DNA of 33,116 bases from Octopus sinensis (Eukaryota): the NCBI RefSeq assembly GCF_006345805.1, contig NW_021832108.1, positions 1 to 33,116 on the forward strand, given 5' to 3'. Shown piece after piece: positions 31,927 to 33,116 of this stretch. The notes beneath the pieces were generated by a model. The model worked only from the letters and a program-made list of their open reading frames with translations. It was not told the origin of the DNA and did not search any database. The translations under genes were made by a program, and so were the position numbers. Each line of letters opens with the position of its first letter. The first letter of the stretch is position 1.

Positions 31927-33116
31927 CATCATCATCATCATCATCATCATTTAGCGTCCGTTTTCCATGCTAGCATGGGTTGGACGGTTCAACTGGGGTC
32001 TGTGAAGCCAGAAGGCTGCATCAGGCCCAGTCTGATCTGGCAGTGTTTCTACGGCTGGATGCCCTTCCTAACGCCAACCACTCCGCGAGTGTAGTGGGTG
32101 CTTTTTACGTGCCACCCGCACAGGTGCCAGACGGTGCTGGCAAACGGCCACGAACGGATGGTGCTTTTACGTGCCACCGGCACGGAGGCCAGTCGGGGCA
32201 GCGCTGGCAACGGCCACAAATGGATTTTTTGATTTTTTTGATTTTTTGATTTTCACTTGCCTCAACGGGTCTTCTCAAGTGGAGTTTTGTGTCCCAAGAA
32301 GGAAAGGTATGTATAAGTCGACTGGCTACATACCAGGTAGAGGCCACGGGTTATGGTCTCACTAGTCTTGCCGGGTCTTCTCACGCACAGCATACTTCCA
32401 TAGGTCTCGGTCTCTAGTCATTTCCTTGGTGAGACCTAAAGTTCGAAGGTCGTGCTACACCACCTCGTCCCAGGTTTTCCTGGGTCTACCTCTTCCACAG
32501 GTTACCTCAACTGCTAGGGTGTAGCACTTTTGCACACAACTATCTTCAGCCATTCTCGTCACATGACCATACCAGCGTAGACGTCTCTCTTGCACACCAC
32601 AACTGATGCTTCTTAGGTTCAACTTTTCTCTCAAGGTACTTACACTGTCGATTATGAACACTGACATTACACATCCATCGGAGCATACTGGCTTCATTTC
32701 TTGAGAGCTTACGCATATCTTCAGCAGTCACGGCCCATGTTTCACTGCCATGTAGCATGGCTGTTCGTACACACACATCATACAGTCTGCCTTTTACTCT
32801 GAGCGAGAGGCCTTTTGTCACCAGCAGAGGTAAGAGCTCTCTGAACTTTTCCCAAGCTATTCTTACTCTAGCAGTTACACTTTCAGCACACCCACCCCCG
32901 CTACTGACTTGGTCACCTAGGTAGCGGAAGCTATCAACTACTTCTAGTTTTTCTCCCTGGAACGTGGTAGAAGTTGGTCTGCACATTTTCAGAGTTTATT
33001 GCTCCTGAGCATCTGCCACAGACAAAAACTATTTTCCTAGTTAGCCTTCCTTTGACATTGCTGCACCTCTTATGTGTCCATAGCTTACACTTGGTGCACC
33101 TTATAGAGTTTCTACC
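31927..33116 (-). mobile_element. Second RTE copy of the same family as 10578-15060, running off the window
   Basis: (GAT)n tail, 3' UTR, and ORF2 C-terminus (FRYLGDQVSSGGGCAESVTARVRIAWEKFRELLPLL), highly similar to copy 1. Confidence 0.9.

Overview
AT-rich, microsatellite-rich animal genomic DNA. The repeat families and style suggest an octopus or other coleoid cephalopod (inference). Five phase-compatible minus-strand exons (31400-31453, 29024-29202, 5974-6115, 2957-3080, 304-450) encode the end of the PTB domain and the CH1 region of a Shc adaptor; the gene extends beyond both window edges. The 22.9-kb intron (6116-29023) holds two 5'-truncated Penelope-like elements (PLEs) arranged as large fold-backs (arms about 0.95 kb and 2.35 kb), an apparently full-length disrupted RTE LINE with a PHD finger in ORF2, a perfect 67-bp mini fold-back, and many SINEs, MITEs and RTE tails. 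The most interesting unexplained signal is six minimal type-I hammerhead ribozyme motifs from four sequence families, all in that intron. Two families carry a compensatory U3-A8 core and the same ACCGGT stem-III palindrome, and three copies are sense to the Shc pre-mRNA. All calls come from reading the sequence by eye; no database search, folding program or activity assay was run.
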